A DNA stretch of 64,000 nucleotides from Octopus sinensis (GCF_006345805.1 NC_043009.1:14446001-14510000); one strand, 5' to 3'; positions 28,909-43,842 are shown, numbered from the stretch's first letter. Numbers and translations: made by a program. Notes: a model not told the origin generated them from the letters alone.

Positions 28909-30350
28909 TATAGAGAAAAACACACACACGTAAACTACCTTTTAGAGAAACACTCTTGTACAATCTGCATGTGCATACACACTTGTGCCTTCAGATAACA
29001 TACACCACCATATATAATCTAACACAAAGTATCGTATTTTCTTAGAAGGAAATGGAAGCACATCGTAAGCTTTCCCTACAGAAATACACTTAGATGTATC
29101 TATATACATGCGAGCACAAAAATCATATATAAGAACATAGATACTCCCACACACGTTCTCTCCATGTGCACAGAACACAGGGACACACTCGCCATGTAAG
29201 GAGCCATAAGCATTAAGATACTGTGACACGTACATTTGCATATGAACAGATAAACTCCCTATTAATAAACACAGAATTACACTGATGCACATGCATAAAC
29301 ACATTCACCCATCTACACTCGCCTACATGCAGGTGAGGACTCATGATATGGGAACACAGAGAGACTGATACACACAAAAATCTATATATTATAAGTTAAG
29401 AATTACGCGGAGACACACTCAAACTTCGCATATAAGTAAATGCACACATACAGGCACACGTACACACGCGCGTGCTTATGCACAAGAAGTCACATAGTTT
29501 GCAATATAGAGAAAAATGTATGCATACACACGTAGCATCGTGATTGAATAATCATCCACGAATCAATAAATAAGCGAAAATATGACAGTATGAAGGAATA
29601 TAGATATTCATGTTTCTAAAGAAGAAAATGGTAATTTGTGTTCGCATCAATTGGAAAACCTGGCCAAAGAGTGTAGAAAGGATAATATTCCCTTTTACGG
29701 CTTCTCCTAGAATTCTGATAATGGAAAAATCAAGAAACAGAAATGATGCTGCGAGATGAGAATCATTTTGCCGCATAGAAATTATCTGAACTTTCGTATA
29801 AGAAAAGGGTTAAAATACTGCTACGAAGCGAAAAACACACAAAAAGCACATAACCATCTTTGTCTAATTTTCTTTCATACACTTAAATGAGTTCATTTCA
29901 CAAGAGAAGAGGAAAAGGTTAATTCGAAAAGCATCCCATTTTATGAGGAAATTGAATCACGTGAATTTGTTGGTAAATGTATCGCTATTCCTACATGCTG
30001 AATATGTTTATTGGAAAAGCTAAACTTGTAAGAGATCTTAATCAGCAGGAGAAACCTCATTAATATATATTTTAATTAAAAAATATATTAAACATTCAAT
30101 AATGCTTAACATTTCTCTCGTAAAGTATTAAATTTTATATTACCCTGAAATGACGGCGATAAAAATAAGAGCAGGGTTGCATCAAAAACAAAGGAACGAA
30201 GTGATGCAAAGTAGGCTAAAATGTCAATGTCACGGTACTACTACAATTAGAGTGTGAATAATTTGATAGAGGCTTCCACATATTTTATGCCTGTTAGGCT
30301 ACCGACTCAAACACAATCATAATGATATTCCGCAAAATGATAGTAATAAT

Positions 30351-30510
30351 AGGAGCAAGCATGGCTGCATGGTTAAGAAGCTCACTTTAAAACCATGTGG
30401 TTTCGAGTTCCGCTGCATAACACGCGTGCTGAGCGTTCTTTTATAGCCCTGGGACGACTAATGACTTGTGAGTCAATTCAGTGGACGGAAACTGTGTGAA
30501 GATCTTTGTA
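30351..30510 (+). mobile_element. SINE family A head, degenerate
   Basis: aggagcaagcatggctgcatggttaagaag...aaccatgtggtttcgagttcc...acttgtgagt...gacggaaactgtgtgaag. Confidence 0.55.
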
Positions 30511-30585
30511 ATTACACACACGCGCACACACATGGACTGTAACAGCTGAAGCACAACCGTTTCATAGCAAAGTAAACTAGTTTAG

Positions 30586-31400
<815 letters not shown>

Positions 31401-32164
31401 ATTAAACATAATAATTGTATATCTATTAATTCTGTTCGGAGTAGAGTTAACTAAAGAGATAATTTTTGAGTCAATATCTTAATTATTCAATTTGGTGTCG
31501 AAGCTAATCGAATCTACATGTTAATCAGTACCAAAACATGACAATATTCATGTCTGTGAGTCGGAAAACTTAGACTGAAATGTTACGATGATTTAATAGA
31601 CCAGTCAAACTATTAGACTAATCAAACGATCTATTTAAAGAAAGAGAATGGGATTCTGTAGGGTTCATGTGTCCCTCTTTAGAATAGGACGTTTATTTAA
31701 ATAGATTATTCTTAATAGAGATCGCCAAGATTAACCTATGGTCAAATCACCATTTCCGCTGACAATTGATCAATTGTACAGCTGAAAAGTAATTATCTAT
31801 CTTGAGTTCATCTTCTGGTAAATCCCTGCTAGATTTCCAATGCAGTTTAGTAATTTACAATAAATTATCAGCTATCGTTATCGGAGACTAAAAGGGTAGC
31901 GAAAGTATTGACATATTTACACCTTCTTTGACGTCACAAAAATAACATCACATCCTCCGCATTCGTATCCAGCCATCAAGTCTCAATATTATCCTATTTC
32001 TCTATAGTGCACAAATATCTTATTCTTATTCACAATTCATGAAGGTGGATGTCATGATGGTTACGTTGTTGCAATTAGGATCGCAAGGTCGTAGTTTCAA
32101 TTCACAGACCGGTTCGTGATCTTAAGCAAAACACTTCATCTCACATTGTTCTGTGATTAGTCCT

Positions 32165-32632
32165 TGTAGCCTTCGTTGATCGAAGGCTGGAAGTCTTCGA
32201 CAATGACTGCCTCCGGTGCATTCTTCGTTGCCGTCGGGTGGATCGTGTTCCCACCTCCAATCTCCGACTTCGCCTATCTCTACGGCCCCTTCAACCTGTC
32301 CTTCTGCAACGGCGCTTGCGGTGGTTTGGCCATGCATGTAGGCGTCCGGTGGGTGAACTGAGCCGTGATGTCCTTCTCCCAACTCCACTTCCCAACTGGC
32401 GGAAACGCGCGGGCGCGAAGCTAAAGACCTGGGCTACGATGATCAAGGAGGACCTCTCCGTGCTCACGAGTCCGCAGGTGGTCGGCCTGCGCCGGTGGAA
32501 CTGTGACTGGCTCGCTATCTCCAGTGAACTGGCGCAGGATCGTCGTGCGTGAGCTGCCATGGTTCGCGATGCCTCGAGGGTGCTTGAAGAAGCCGATTCA
32601 ACCCGCCCAGGGTGAATGTTGCCACAAGTACA
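32165..32632 (+). mobile_element. RTE-clade LINE 3' end
   Basis: CLRCILR..DRVPTSNLRLRLSLRPLQPVLLQRRLRWFGHACRR...RKRAGAKLKTWATMIKEDL...LAQDRRA. It ends cccgcccagggtgaatgttgccacaagtacaa (caagta-type tail). Confidence 0.85.
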
Positions 32633-33557
32633 ATTAGATACTCCTTGTACCTGTTCAGTCAATGTTGGTCCGATGGGGAAAATGAGCTAATGTAAAGCAC
32701 AAGCCTTTGGTTACTATAAATATACTATTAGGGCAAGATATTGCAGAAGTGTCTTTTTCGGACTACAAGAATCAACCATCATCACTTACAATCTATATCT
32801 AGTACCTAAAACCACATTCTGTACTCAACACTCACCGTAGAACCTGAATCCTGTGTATATCCTGATTCCACTCTCTCACAACCCACTTCTCACATCTGTG
32901 ACTAGCAGAAACTCAATCTTCCAGTTATTTTTCGTATTTAGTCTCTCAACTTTCGAACTACATCTGCTCTCTGTAGTGCTATCTAGAATTCTCCAACCAA
33001 CAATAAATTTTCTTTTATATCCTTTTTGTGTGGAATTCATATACCTCACCATTCCTGTTTCTAAAGTATTTTCCTGTGACGACTTCATTGTCCATTACTT
33101 GGATACCACACTCCGACCATATTGATGACGTTGGATCTAAGATGGTTTTCAACCCCACCGAAACAGCCCTTTCCTTTAGAAGAAATCAATAAAGAAATAA
33201 ATGTTATACAATATATAGATGGTTTGATAATGCTGATTTCCCGAAAAACTGAGCTCACGACTTGTTCTTTGGCCTTTGTCGCTTCCAATTTCTCTCCGCA
33301 TGCTGTTTTAATGAATTGACGAAAAACAATAGTAATATCACATAATCCAATTCCGTCTCTTCTATAAGAATGGGATATTCCACTTGTATAAAAATCAATA
33401 AACAGTGGGTATTAGATCAATAAGGAATCAATTCTTCTGGATAGATTTTCTCAATCAGGCTTATCTAGATGCATCAACAACAATATAGAGGAATAAAGCG
33501 ACAACGAATGCTATTAGAAACGACGCATGCTTTAATGTCACACAAGTTACATATATG

Positions 33558-33599
<42 letters not shown>

Positions 33600-33797
33600 T
33601 TATATATATTTATATATGAATATATATATGGGTGTGTGTGTATGTATGTGTGTGCATATATACATACGCATCTATAATACATATGCATATATCCCATACA
33701 TTCACACCCATATATACATATATGCACCCATATACATACAGGTATATAAGGGTATATATTACACATATATAATATAATATACATGTGTATATGTTTG

Positions 33798-33828
<31 letters not shown>

Positions 33829-34371
33829 ATGTATGTATTGGTATGCATGTTTGTGCTTGTGTGTGCATTGACATATGGCAATGCATGCTATTAGTTTGCA
33901 GCTCTAAATAATTGCTTTGGCGCTGTGAAATTCCCCGGTGGCTGGTGAAAGGTCAATTTCTCAATCGTCATCGGTTCTTCGCTGCCTTCTATACTCTAGC
34001 TCATCCTACTTCATCCTTCCGTAATTTATCAGTTGACCTTTATAGTTATCTATTACGTTCACTTCCTACACATTTCTCACATTCATTCAACCACTCTTTC
34101 ATCTCGTCATTCAATCATTTACTCAATCTGCAACGACCATTGTAATTCTTTCACTCCATAACCATTATGTGCGTCCAACGTTAGCATTGCTACAGTTGTG
34201 GTCTCTTAGCTGAATTCATATACACACATGCTTGCGACAATTACATATACTCGCATACATGTGTTTTGATGACAATTTCTAGCGTTGGAAATGATTGTTG
34301 TTCATGTTTTTCTGAATAAGATTAATGAACTAAATCGAAGATGAGATTACTGGCCACGCACGTACGCACAC

Positions 34372-34473
<102 letters not shown>

Positions 34474-34828
34474 GCACACAATGCCAGGCAGGTCTCTAAG
34501 TGCTTGTGGTCCTGAGAAACCTGTTGCATGGTCGGGTCGTCGGTGATTAAACTATCAATACCACCAGGTTGACATGACGAGAAGTGTTGTTAGGAAGCAA
34601 GAAGAAACAATGACAAAATTATAAACACAGATTACAATCAACAAATATCTAGAAATCGTATCAGCCGTAGAAATTCTGGGCTTCAACGGGGCTCTGATGG
34701 CAGTGGCGGCTCGCAGATTAAATTAGTTAGGGTGCTGCTTCAGAAAAGTTTTAGCCGTTGTTTTAAAATTGTGTAAAAGAAACAAGCATTTATAAAGAAA
34801 ATTTATACATAAACTTGATTGGTTCGCG

Positions 34829-34973
34829 TTTTAGCCACTGCCGGGTAGGGTGTTTAATTTTAGCCACTGCCGGGTAGTGTGTTTAATTTTAGCCATCGCC
34901 GGGTAGTGTGTTTAATTTTAGCCACTGCCGGGTAGTGTGTTTAATTTTAGCCACTGCCGTGTAGTGTGTTTAA
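34829..34973. repeat. Minisatellite, 5 x 29 bp (ttttagccactgccgggtagtgtgtttaa)
   Basis: Units start at 34829, 34858, 34887, 34916 and 34945, head-to-tail with no spacers, about 130 bp inside a cagtggcgg-type transposon-like end at about 34703. Confidence 0.92.
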
Positions 34974-37900
34974 TTTGTTCACTGAACACCGCTGCGAATT
35001 CCCCCTTGTTTTTCAAAATCCTCCACTAAATCACAAAATAAGGGATGGTTGGTGTGGGAAGTCAGCCCTATTTTTCAAATCCTGGCAGCAACACTAGTTG
35101 GAATCAGGATAATAATCTAATTGTACACTTTATCACATTCAACAATATAAACACGTTTTTTAGCACAATACACGCATAGTCATAACGAAACACTAACTTT
35201 CACCAGCACAGCAGAGTCGGCACTGCGTGAACCATAGTGCTCTCTCTCTCCGTAGCGTGCAGCTTCCTATCTCGGACTTATTTTCATAAAGTAGGGAATG
35301 TCTACTGACATTAAACTTAAGAATTAAATAATGTACAAGTATAAAAAAAGAATTAAAGAAAAACGGGGCCATTATATCGAATGTTATCGATAATATCGAA
35401 TGGAAATAAGGGGTGCTGCAGTTCCGCAGTGCCTATACACAAGCTGGTACTGCCCGATGCATACTTCTGGGAATAGGTTCCTCTGACATAAAGCACAATA
35501 ACATTGCTGCGATAGATATCGTATTTTAGTTTATCTCCAAGCCCCTCAACCCTGTGAATTGTCATAGAGGCTGTCCTCAACTTAAACATTTTGAAAAAGC
35601 ATTGCCGAAAGTTTTCATCAGCGATGGTACTCGTTCAGCGGATAGTTATTAACATACACGCCCACACGCATGCACACACACAAACGCACACACACAAACA
35701 CACACATACGCACACACGCATTCCCCCACACAAGGTGGATTTGTGTGTGTGTGTGTGTACGTCGGTGCACTGAAGTATATATTCTGTGTTAAATATACAG
35801 AGATAATTTGTGTGTCGTGAAGTAAGTTTTCCGTAATTAGAGCCATCCATCAATGTATTGTTATGCACAGTGTTTAGACTGTTAGTCTCCAGTTTTAGAA
35901 TTTGGTAGAGAAAGATGCTGTCATGTAACTTCATATTGTATTGTTTTGGCGCATATTCATTTACATAATCACACGGCTTCTTGAACTTCTAATTGTTTTC
36001 ATTAGCTATACTTCCGAAGTATCGATGTCCTGGTGGTGTTCTCTGAATGAATAGTCTTATCTAATATAGTCTATAATATCTACTCAATTTGTTCTGAATA
36101 GGCGCTTTTTAATGCTGAGATATTGTAACGGTTAAAGTGAGTCTAAACTGTAAGAGCATAAATTAACTTTCTCCACTAACACAATTGGGGGTTACTACAA
36201 CAATGTTCTCATTTCGAGATCCTAAACAAGAAAGAAATTCGAAGAAACTGGCAATGGTCAGCGTATGCAAGTATTAGTTATTAAGACAATGTGTTCGGGC
36301 ATTCATGCCGTTGTGTTTAACGTTCCAGGTTTTGTCATTTGTCTGAGAATTCGGAAAAATGCATGGCTATTGCTTGGAAGACAAATAAATGAAAGGAGTT
36401 CGGGTCATGATATGCAATCATTTGAAAAGATTGGTGGCATGAGAGGGAAAACATGTAGCAATCTAGGAACATGAAAGGCAAGGTAAAAGCCAGCAGTACC
36501 AGCAAAGGCAAAAAATCAAAAACGCGAAGTGTTCAGGCAAAGAGGGATACAGAAGAAAACAAATAGTATTTAAAGCCGGAAGCAAAGGTAAATCGCACAA
36601 GAAACTACCACTGAATTATAATACCCATTACTCTGACACTGCGCTGATTTAAATGTCCAGTCAGTGCTTCTTGTTCTAAACGACTCAGTCGGTATTGCGA
36701 TATGAGAAAAACTTAGTCTTAACTTTGGTCGCGGTTTCACCCATTTCACTGGCCTGTACATTCATCTCTTAAAGGGCATCTCTTCAACTTTCCAGATAAG
36801 ATGAAATACCATACAATAAGGTTCACCGAATTGCACCATATAGTACTAATGGTCGGTATATTATGCAAAATATCCAAATGTAGTCTTCTTTCTATAATTC
36901 TTTGAACGCGTGCAGATAAATCCAAGACGAAACTGTATCGATGCTATATCAGGAGATAGGAATGTCACTTCAATGCAATTTTTATGAATATTGATATCAA
37001 CGTACTGTTGTTCTAGTTCTATCTGAAGTATCCCTTGAAGGAGGGATACTGAACACGTTCTGGGACTTCACTTCGACCACTGGAAAAACAGGGTTAGCAT
37101 AGTGAGGATTTGATCCTAATGGTTCATCGTCATGGGCTAAAGTGTCATTCTTAATATAGATGAACCTTCTCAGAGATGGCGTTTAGGTTGCTCATTTAAA
37201 TTATAGGGTCGAACAGTCATTTGGGACGACACTATCTTGACAGAAAAACTTAAGAGCAACGATCATGGCTTTGGATCTCAATGGACATCAAAATAAACCC
37301 GAAATTGCAATATAAAATGGTCAAATACTTCAACCGCATGAAATAAATATAAATAAGTGTATATTCAGTAACAAAAGTCAAGAGATAGTTCTTATTAGAT
37401 GCTAGACGATGAGCGTAAAATCCAGACTTATGTAGTCAAAGTGTTACGTGTAACTGATGAGCTAATATGGTTGTGGGGGATAATATATGTTTTGGCAAAT
37501 AGGACAGCCAGGAATGACTAATGTCGATCGCACAATACAAAACCGTGAGCTCGAACACAATAATTTAACCTTGTAATGTCTGAGTGACAACGAGATTCAC
37601 AAAATTCTAAGAGTTTACTTTGCAAAATGAAGCAACAAACATCACTCGAAAGTATATCTCTGGTAATGATTAAGGTATCCAGGAGTATGTAACGCGCTGG
37701 AATTAGATGACATGAGTACTAATTGCCAGCGAAATATTTTTCAGTTTTTATCTCCACTAGCTTGTGCATTCATCTCTTTTATTTGGACATATAAGCTATG
37801 CATTTCTGATCAGTTGATAGAATGACTAACACTGGCCAACGCAATTTCTGTTGCATTTATACCAACAATTGATAATAACTAATTTGAGTATGCCGCGAAA

Positions 37901-38664
37901 TGAAACCTATAATTTTATTTTCCGTTCGCACACTTTGTATGCACCTGGCATATACAGGTGCTTACATTTAATAAGATATTAATCTTCAGAATGAAACACA
38001 AAATGTAATCACCACCATAAGTATCAGTTGCAAGGCCTTTAAAGATTCAACCTAACTTAGGTTCTGAAGGCTTCTTATGCACGGACTCCAATAAAGTTTT
38101 CTGGAAGTGGCAAGCTTGTGTTGCACTATAATTTTATTCTTCTAAATGAAAGCATTTATTGAAGCAGTCCAGAAGTCAATATAGGTAATGCATTCAGAGT
38201 GAACGAGCAGTGCCTAAGTCTTCCAGAAAGTATACGAGATTGATAAAGATAAAGGAAAGGAAAAACGCACGGCTTATGTGACATTGGTTTTTGAAAACAG
38301 TATAATCAATTTAAAAAAATGACTAGAGAGTAGACTGGTTATAATGCTTGCAACAGATTGCATATCAACTGCTAAAGCTACACGCGCGCACACATGTTTG
38401 TTTGTATGTATGTATACACAGTAATTCGCTAAATCATCCACAGATTTCTATGAGGAAAACATATATGCTGACAAAGAATTAAATCCAGAATCTGCAGAGT
38501 TGAGGGAGTCCTTACCGATGAGGCAACGGAAATTGCCGAAACTGACTGTCAGTATCAGCAATACTCGAACAAAGTTTTCAGACGATTACAGTCCCTGTCA
38601 GTATAATTGTATACAATTATCTGCTTATTTCATGCTATGTTACATCCTAGTAACGTTTCGTGAC

Positions 38665-38745
<81 letters not shown>

Positions 38746-38786
38746 ATCAAATGAAATAAAAGGAAAAACAGGACACAAAGGATGTC

Positions 38787-38867
38787 GCGGTACACATGTT
38801 TCGAGCTTATAAAACAACTTATTCTTACATCAATGTATAATCGATATAACATGCCCTCTTCAGCCGC
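38787..38867 (-). ncRNA. Type-I hammerhead ribozyme with intact core
   Basis: gcgg-CTGAAGA-gggc...gctc-GAAA-catgt-GTA-ccgc. Helix I is gcgg/ccgc, helix II is gggc/gctc, helix III ACAUGUGU is self-complementary as a dimer (2 G.U), and the cleavage triplet is GUA. Confidence 0.82.
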
Positions 38868-39186
38868 ATGCAATTGCTACACCAAATACTTGTATCACAT
38901 TATGAAAGGTTCGAGAAAGAACATTTGGTATTATTTATAATGGTAGGTAAACCGAGTATTGCTGGGAAAGTATGTCCATACCGTTTTCTCGCTCAATATA
39001 GAGCGAGAAAACGGTATGGATGATTTTTTTGGAGTCTAATAATACCCTGTACACCTATTTGATTATGAAGATTTACAGACATACTTCCCCAGTGATACTC
39101 GGTTTACCTACCATTATAAATAATACCAAATGTTCTTTCTCGAACCTTTCATAATGTGATACAAGTCTTTGGTGTAGCAATTGCAT

Positions 39187-39276
39187 GCGGCTGAATAGGG
39201 CTTTTAAACTATCTATGTCGATTATACATTGATGTAAGAATAAGTTGTTTTATAAAGCTCGAAACATGTGTACCGC
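39187..39276 (+). ncRNA. Hammerhead ribozyme, mirror copy with G8 mutated
   Basis: gcgg-CTGAATA-gggc...gctc-GAAA-catgt-GTA-ccgc. Confidence 0.7.
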
Positions 39277-39391
39277 GACATCCTTTGTGTGCTGTTTTTC
39301 ATTTTATTTCATTTGATACATATATCCTCTCACCTATGCTACTAGCTGGCATATACAGGTGCTTACATTTATCAAGTATTCACCCTGAATT

Positions 39392-39427
<36 letters not shown>

Positions 39428-40834
39428 GCAATTACACGCACACACACAAAGACGCACACACACACATACACAAGCATACACACAAATCAATTTATAATCT
39501 TACTAAGAAAAAAAACAAATATATTTTTAGCAATTTTAAAGTGAGTTAGATCGAACTACCACAATGGACAGACACGCATTTCACAGACAAGAAACATTAA
39601 ACGCAAAAGTGATCTCGGTTCAATTTGAACTGAAAACATAAACTGCAAGAGGTATATAAGACGTGTTATCGGATATTCTACCGTTATTGCCATCAATCAA
39701 TTTTCATATATAAAAGATATACGTTGAAAACCCATACACTTTGCAGTTTCTATATATTGTGAGAAACCTAACACACATACAGAAGCAATGTAATATTCAT
39801 GTCGTGCGTCAATGTTAGATGAAATTGTAAACCTCATTCAATAATACACGTATTAATTTCATTTCCTAACATGTTGATGTAATTCCAGTTTTACATACAC
39901 ACGCTGAACATTATGAAGCAAACAACGTATTGACTTATTCACACGTACAAAACATAGTATGATACCAGAACACAAAATAATACTCGTCGCAGCTTGTTGC
40001 CGCAACAAAGGAAGGAAAGAACAAATAAAGAAATGTCAATAGATCGAATTTTGCTGTGACCTCCTAAATGAAATGTGGCTAATACGTTTTAGATAAGCAC
40101 CTCAACAAAACACATGATTAGTAACAGATGTGGAGCAGTAGAATGAATTTCAGTCGTGACTAAATTAGCCGCTATGCTTACTTCTTTATTAGTTTTCCTA
40201 ATATTCTTCTTTCTATCATTTCGATTGAGTGACAGTTATAAGAGCATTTTGTGTTGCTTAGGAAAATAAACAAAAATTTCTTTTAAAAGTAACTACAAAT
40301 CTCTATGCCATATTGCCATATGTACGCGTGTACATTGTCTGTCTGTGAGAGGTGAGGTGGAGATTATAGCAAAATTATGAGTTAAAATAATTGTAAAAGT
40401 ATTAGTCATTCATTGAACCATGAGCACAATGTCTACTAGTTCCATCCTTTGCAATTTGATAGAGGAGAGCAACTGTGCTATATTTACTTGTTTTGTTATT
40501 AGCTTGGTGTGAAGGTAGACATGCCATTTTCCTTCACATTTACTTCAGATGCCGGTGCATTCGACTTCGCTAAAAAGAACGCATCATGACAGTTTAAGGC
40601 GTGCAATATACAATAGCAAACACCAAGTAAAAACATTATTTCGTGTTATTATTGAATCCGAGATTAGACTTGACTGAGCAGACATGTTGCAATTATTAGG
40701 TTCAAATCCACATATCCGTTTTATAATCATACTAAGTCTACACTTCATGAAGCATAGTGACACTTAGTCATAAATTACTGCATTGGACACAGTAATTTAT
40801 GTCCGAGGGTCTAATTTGTTTTTGTACTGATTTA

Positions 40835-41235
40835 TTATTTTATTCATTTACTTCTTTCAGTCATTTGACTGCGACTATGCTGGAACACTGCCTTAAAGGG
40901 TTTTAGTCGAACAAATCGACTCCAGGACTTATTCGTTGCTAGCCTAGTACTTACTGTATTCGTCTCTCTTGCCGTGCAGCTAAGGTTACGGGGATGTAAA
41001 CACACTAATATCGGTTGTCAGACGATGTTGGGGGGACAGACACAGGCACAAAGACACATACGCACACTCACACACATATACGATGGGCTTCTTTCAGTTT
41101 CCGTCTACCAAATCCACTCAAAAGGCTTTGATCGGCCGAGGCTATAGTAAACGACACTTGCCCAAGGTACTACGCAGTGGGAGTGAAACCGGTTGGGAAG
41201 CAAGCCTCTTACTACCATATAGCCACTCCTGCGCC
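40835..41235 (-). mobile_element. SINE family A, full length
   Basis: Reverse complement of the 4510 consensus, ending agccactcctgcgcc. Confidence 0.85.
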
Positions 41236-41623
41236 TATTCAAAACAGAAATGTGTCTATTGTTGGGGCAGTTCAAATATTTGATCTGATGTTTTCTAGTT
41301 GTTACCAACCACACCCATTTAAATGTATTTACGACTACATTTTTAAATGCATCCTTTACGCTTTTGAAACAGAAGAATATTCATTGAGGACTTTGCTAGG
41401 TATTTGTAGCAAGTAGAAGGAATACTTACGATCTGCCTAAGAGAGTGTAAACTCAGGTGATAGTTAATTAAAGGTAGAGGAAGTCAGGTTAGCTGCGTTA
41501 GTGTTCTGTGATTATTGATGTTGCATTTAGTTCTGTTATGTGTGTGTGTGGGTGTGTGTGCGTGTAAGTGTGTGTGTGCGTGTGAGTGTGTGTGTGAGAG
41601 TATGTGTGTGAGTGTGTGTGTAA

Positions 41624-41657
<34 letters not shown>

Positions 41658-42202
41658 CTGTAGGTGTTTTAAATGTGTGCGAGTGTGTATTTTATGTTTT
41701 TCTGGAATGACAGGAAGTGTAATGCAGGTATTCTGATATTGTAGCATATCGGTGATGACCGCGCGTTGTGGAATGATTGTAAATATAGTAGTAACTGGAA
41801 ATGTGATAGATGAATCTTTCTGCATACATAAATTTTGCGCCCCACGTTTTCAAGGGGTCTGTTATTTAGAGTGACATCTTTTGTATGTGGAAGTACATCA
41901 GGGAACGTAATTTCACTGTAGTCTGCAACGATATGAATTCACTGACATTTTTTTAATAATTACTGAAGTTGTGTTTTAAAGGCATGGGGGACCAAAGCAA
42001 GTCTTTCATAAGTGGTGACGGATCTCGTCGATTTTTCTTAGTATTTGTGTGACTTTCTGTTAAGTAAATACTATAATTGTGCTTCTGTTTGTCTTGTTGA
42101 TTCTTTCAGAATGTATTCCACGAACTCTAAATGCTTAAGAAGTCTAGCACATAATTCTTACTCTTTACTTCTCTCTCACCCTCCCTCCCTCTCTCTCTCA
42201 CC

Positions 42203-42314
<112 letters not shown>

Positions 42315-42348
42315 GTCTATCTATCTATCTATCCAACCATCCATGTAC

Positions 42349-42461
<113 letters not shown>

Positions 42462-42619
42462 CAACCATCCATGTATCTATCTCACTCTTATGTCTCTATC
42501 GTTGTTTGTCCCCAGTTCAGTTCTGGCTTACAATTTGCAACATACAAAAACAAGTGACTCATGAACTATTAGTTATAACGTGTAGAGAAAATAATGGATA
42601 TCTTGGTAAACAATATTAG

Positions 42620-42775
42620 AACTTCCGTTTTTACGCTCTGAGTTAAAATTCTGCATGGGTCGACTTTACCTTTCATTATTTCGGAGTCGATGAAGTAAGT
42701 ACCAACAGAGCACTAAGGTCGAAAACAACGACTTACACCCACCCTCGAAATTGTGCCAAAATTTGAAACCAGTGA
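42620..42775 (+). mobile_element. SINE family B, degenerate
   Basis: ctctgagttaaaattctgcatgggtcgactttacctttcattatttcggagtcgatgaagtaagtacc. Confidence 0.55.
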
Positions 42776-42958
42776 CCTATACATTATATCAGGTTATAGT
42801 AGCCGTAGGTTTACTATATTTTGCTGAAGACATCCAGTAACAATAAAATATATTCAGAGATATCATCATATATACTAATGAGCCAGCGGATACACCTTTG
42901 CATTTCATTTAAAACTTTGATCATTTGAAATATCGAGAGTTACTTCCTCTACCACTTT

Positions 42959-43350
42959 TACTTGTACTTGTGGCGACACTCACCCTGGGCGGGTTGAGTC
43001 GGCTTCTCCCACCACCCACGAGGCCTCTCGAACCATGGCAGTGGAAGAGGTTTCGTGGGAATATGAATTTCACAAGCGGTCCCGAACAATTCCGCATGTA
43101 GAGACATCCTGTTTGCCGCAGATTGTCCGCAGACGCAGGGACAGAACGACCGAGGAGCCGCCGGTTGCCGAAACAGACACTCCGAGGATTTTCACCAGAG
43201 CCCCATCTGCCGGGTTGTGGCCCTGATACCACTCGGTGTCAGACCAATCCGCCTTGGGTGGCCCTACCAGGAACCGAAGTTCCCGATGGCATAGCTCTGA
43301 CACTATCCGTTGCCAGCGTCCCCACAACGGTGAGGAGGGGATGGACTTTG
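42959..43350 (-). mobile_element. Short non-autonomous RTE derivative (5'-UTR-like part fused to RTE 3' end)
   Basis: The 3' end gaagccgactcaacccgcccagggtgagtgtcgccacaagtacaagta matches 32590-32632. The 5' part gagctatgcc...cctggtagggccacccaaggc resembles RTE/Expander-type 5' UTR motifs. Confidence 0.7.
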
Positions 43351-43804
43351 GGGTCGCACTTTTAATAGCATATAGGCATGCATGTAATTTTATTACTTTC
43401 CATTATCCTGATATAATATAGCATAAATTTCCAAAAGAGAAGAAATAGTTCCAGCGTAGGAAACCAGATAAATGAACTACAATAGTGTAATACGATTACT
43501 AAAATTAGAAATATATGTGATCCCTCTCATAGAAGTTATATTAGTTTCATTGAGAAGGAGTAAGGCGTTTAAATCAACCCAAGTGTTGAACTAAAACGTC
43601 TTTTATCGAGCCTGAAAGGTTGAAAGGAAAAGTCGCCTCAGACGGAAGAAATGGTGCGAAGTATTTTTTTCTTGTGCGATAACGTTTCTTCCACCTCATC
43701 GCCTTATAAAGCATATAAAATAGTGCTTACTGCGTAAAAAAGAAAAAAAAACCCAGTTAACTGATGAGTATTGATGTGTGTGTAGGTGTATGTGCGTTCT
43801 CTCT

Positions 43805-43842
<38 letters not shown>

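Larger units (their letters stand above)
38743..39320. mobile_element. Foldback element with about 235-bp inverted arms, a central perfect hairpin and a hammerhead in each arm
   Basis: Arms are 38743-38976 and 39078-39320. The inner 20-bp perfect stem is 38975-38994/39001-39020. The left end abuts (TA)n(TG)n. Confidence 0.88.

Noticed and set aside
32950-33200. Degenerate LINE APE endonuclease (CDDFIVHY resembling GDFNVH)
   Set aside because: Only one weak motif, which is insufficient to call.
34829-34973. CRISPR-like array (29-bp repeats)
   Set aside because: The units are contiguous with no spacers, the context is eukaryotic, and there are no cas genes.
43250-43370. HDV-like ribozyme at the 5' end of the RTE derivative
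   Set aside because: I could not assign P3/P1.1/P2 consistently by eye. Left as a test under the finding.
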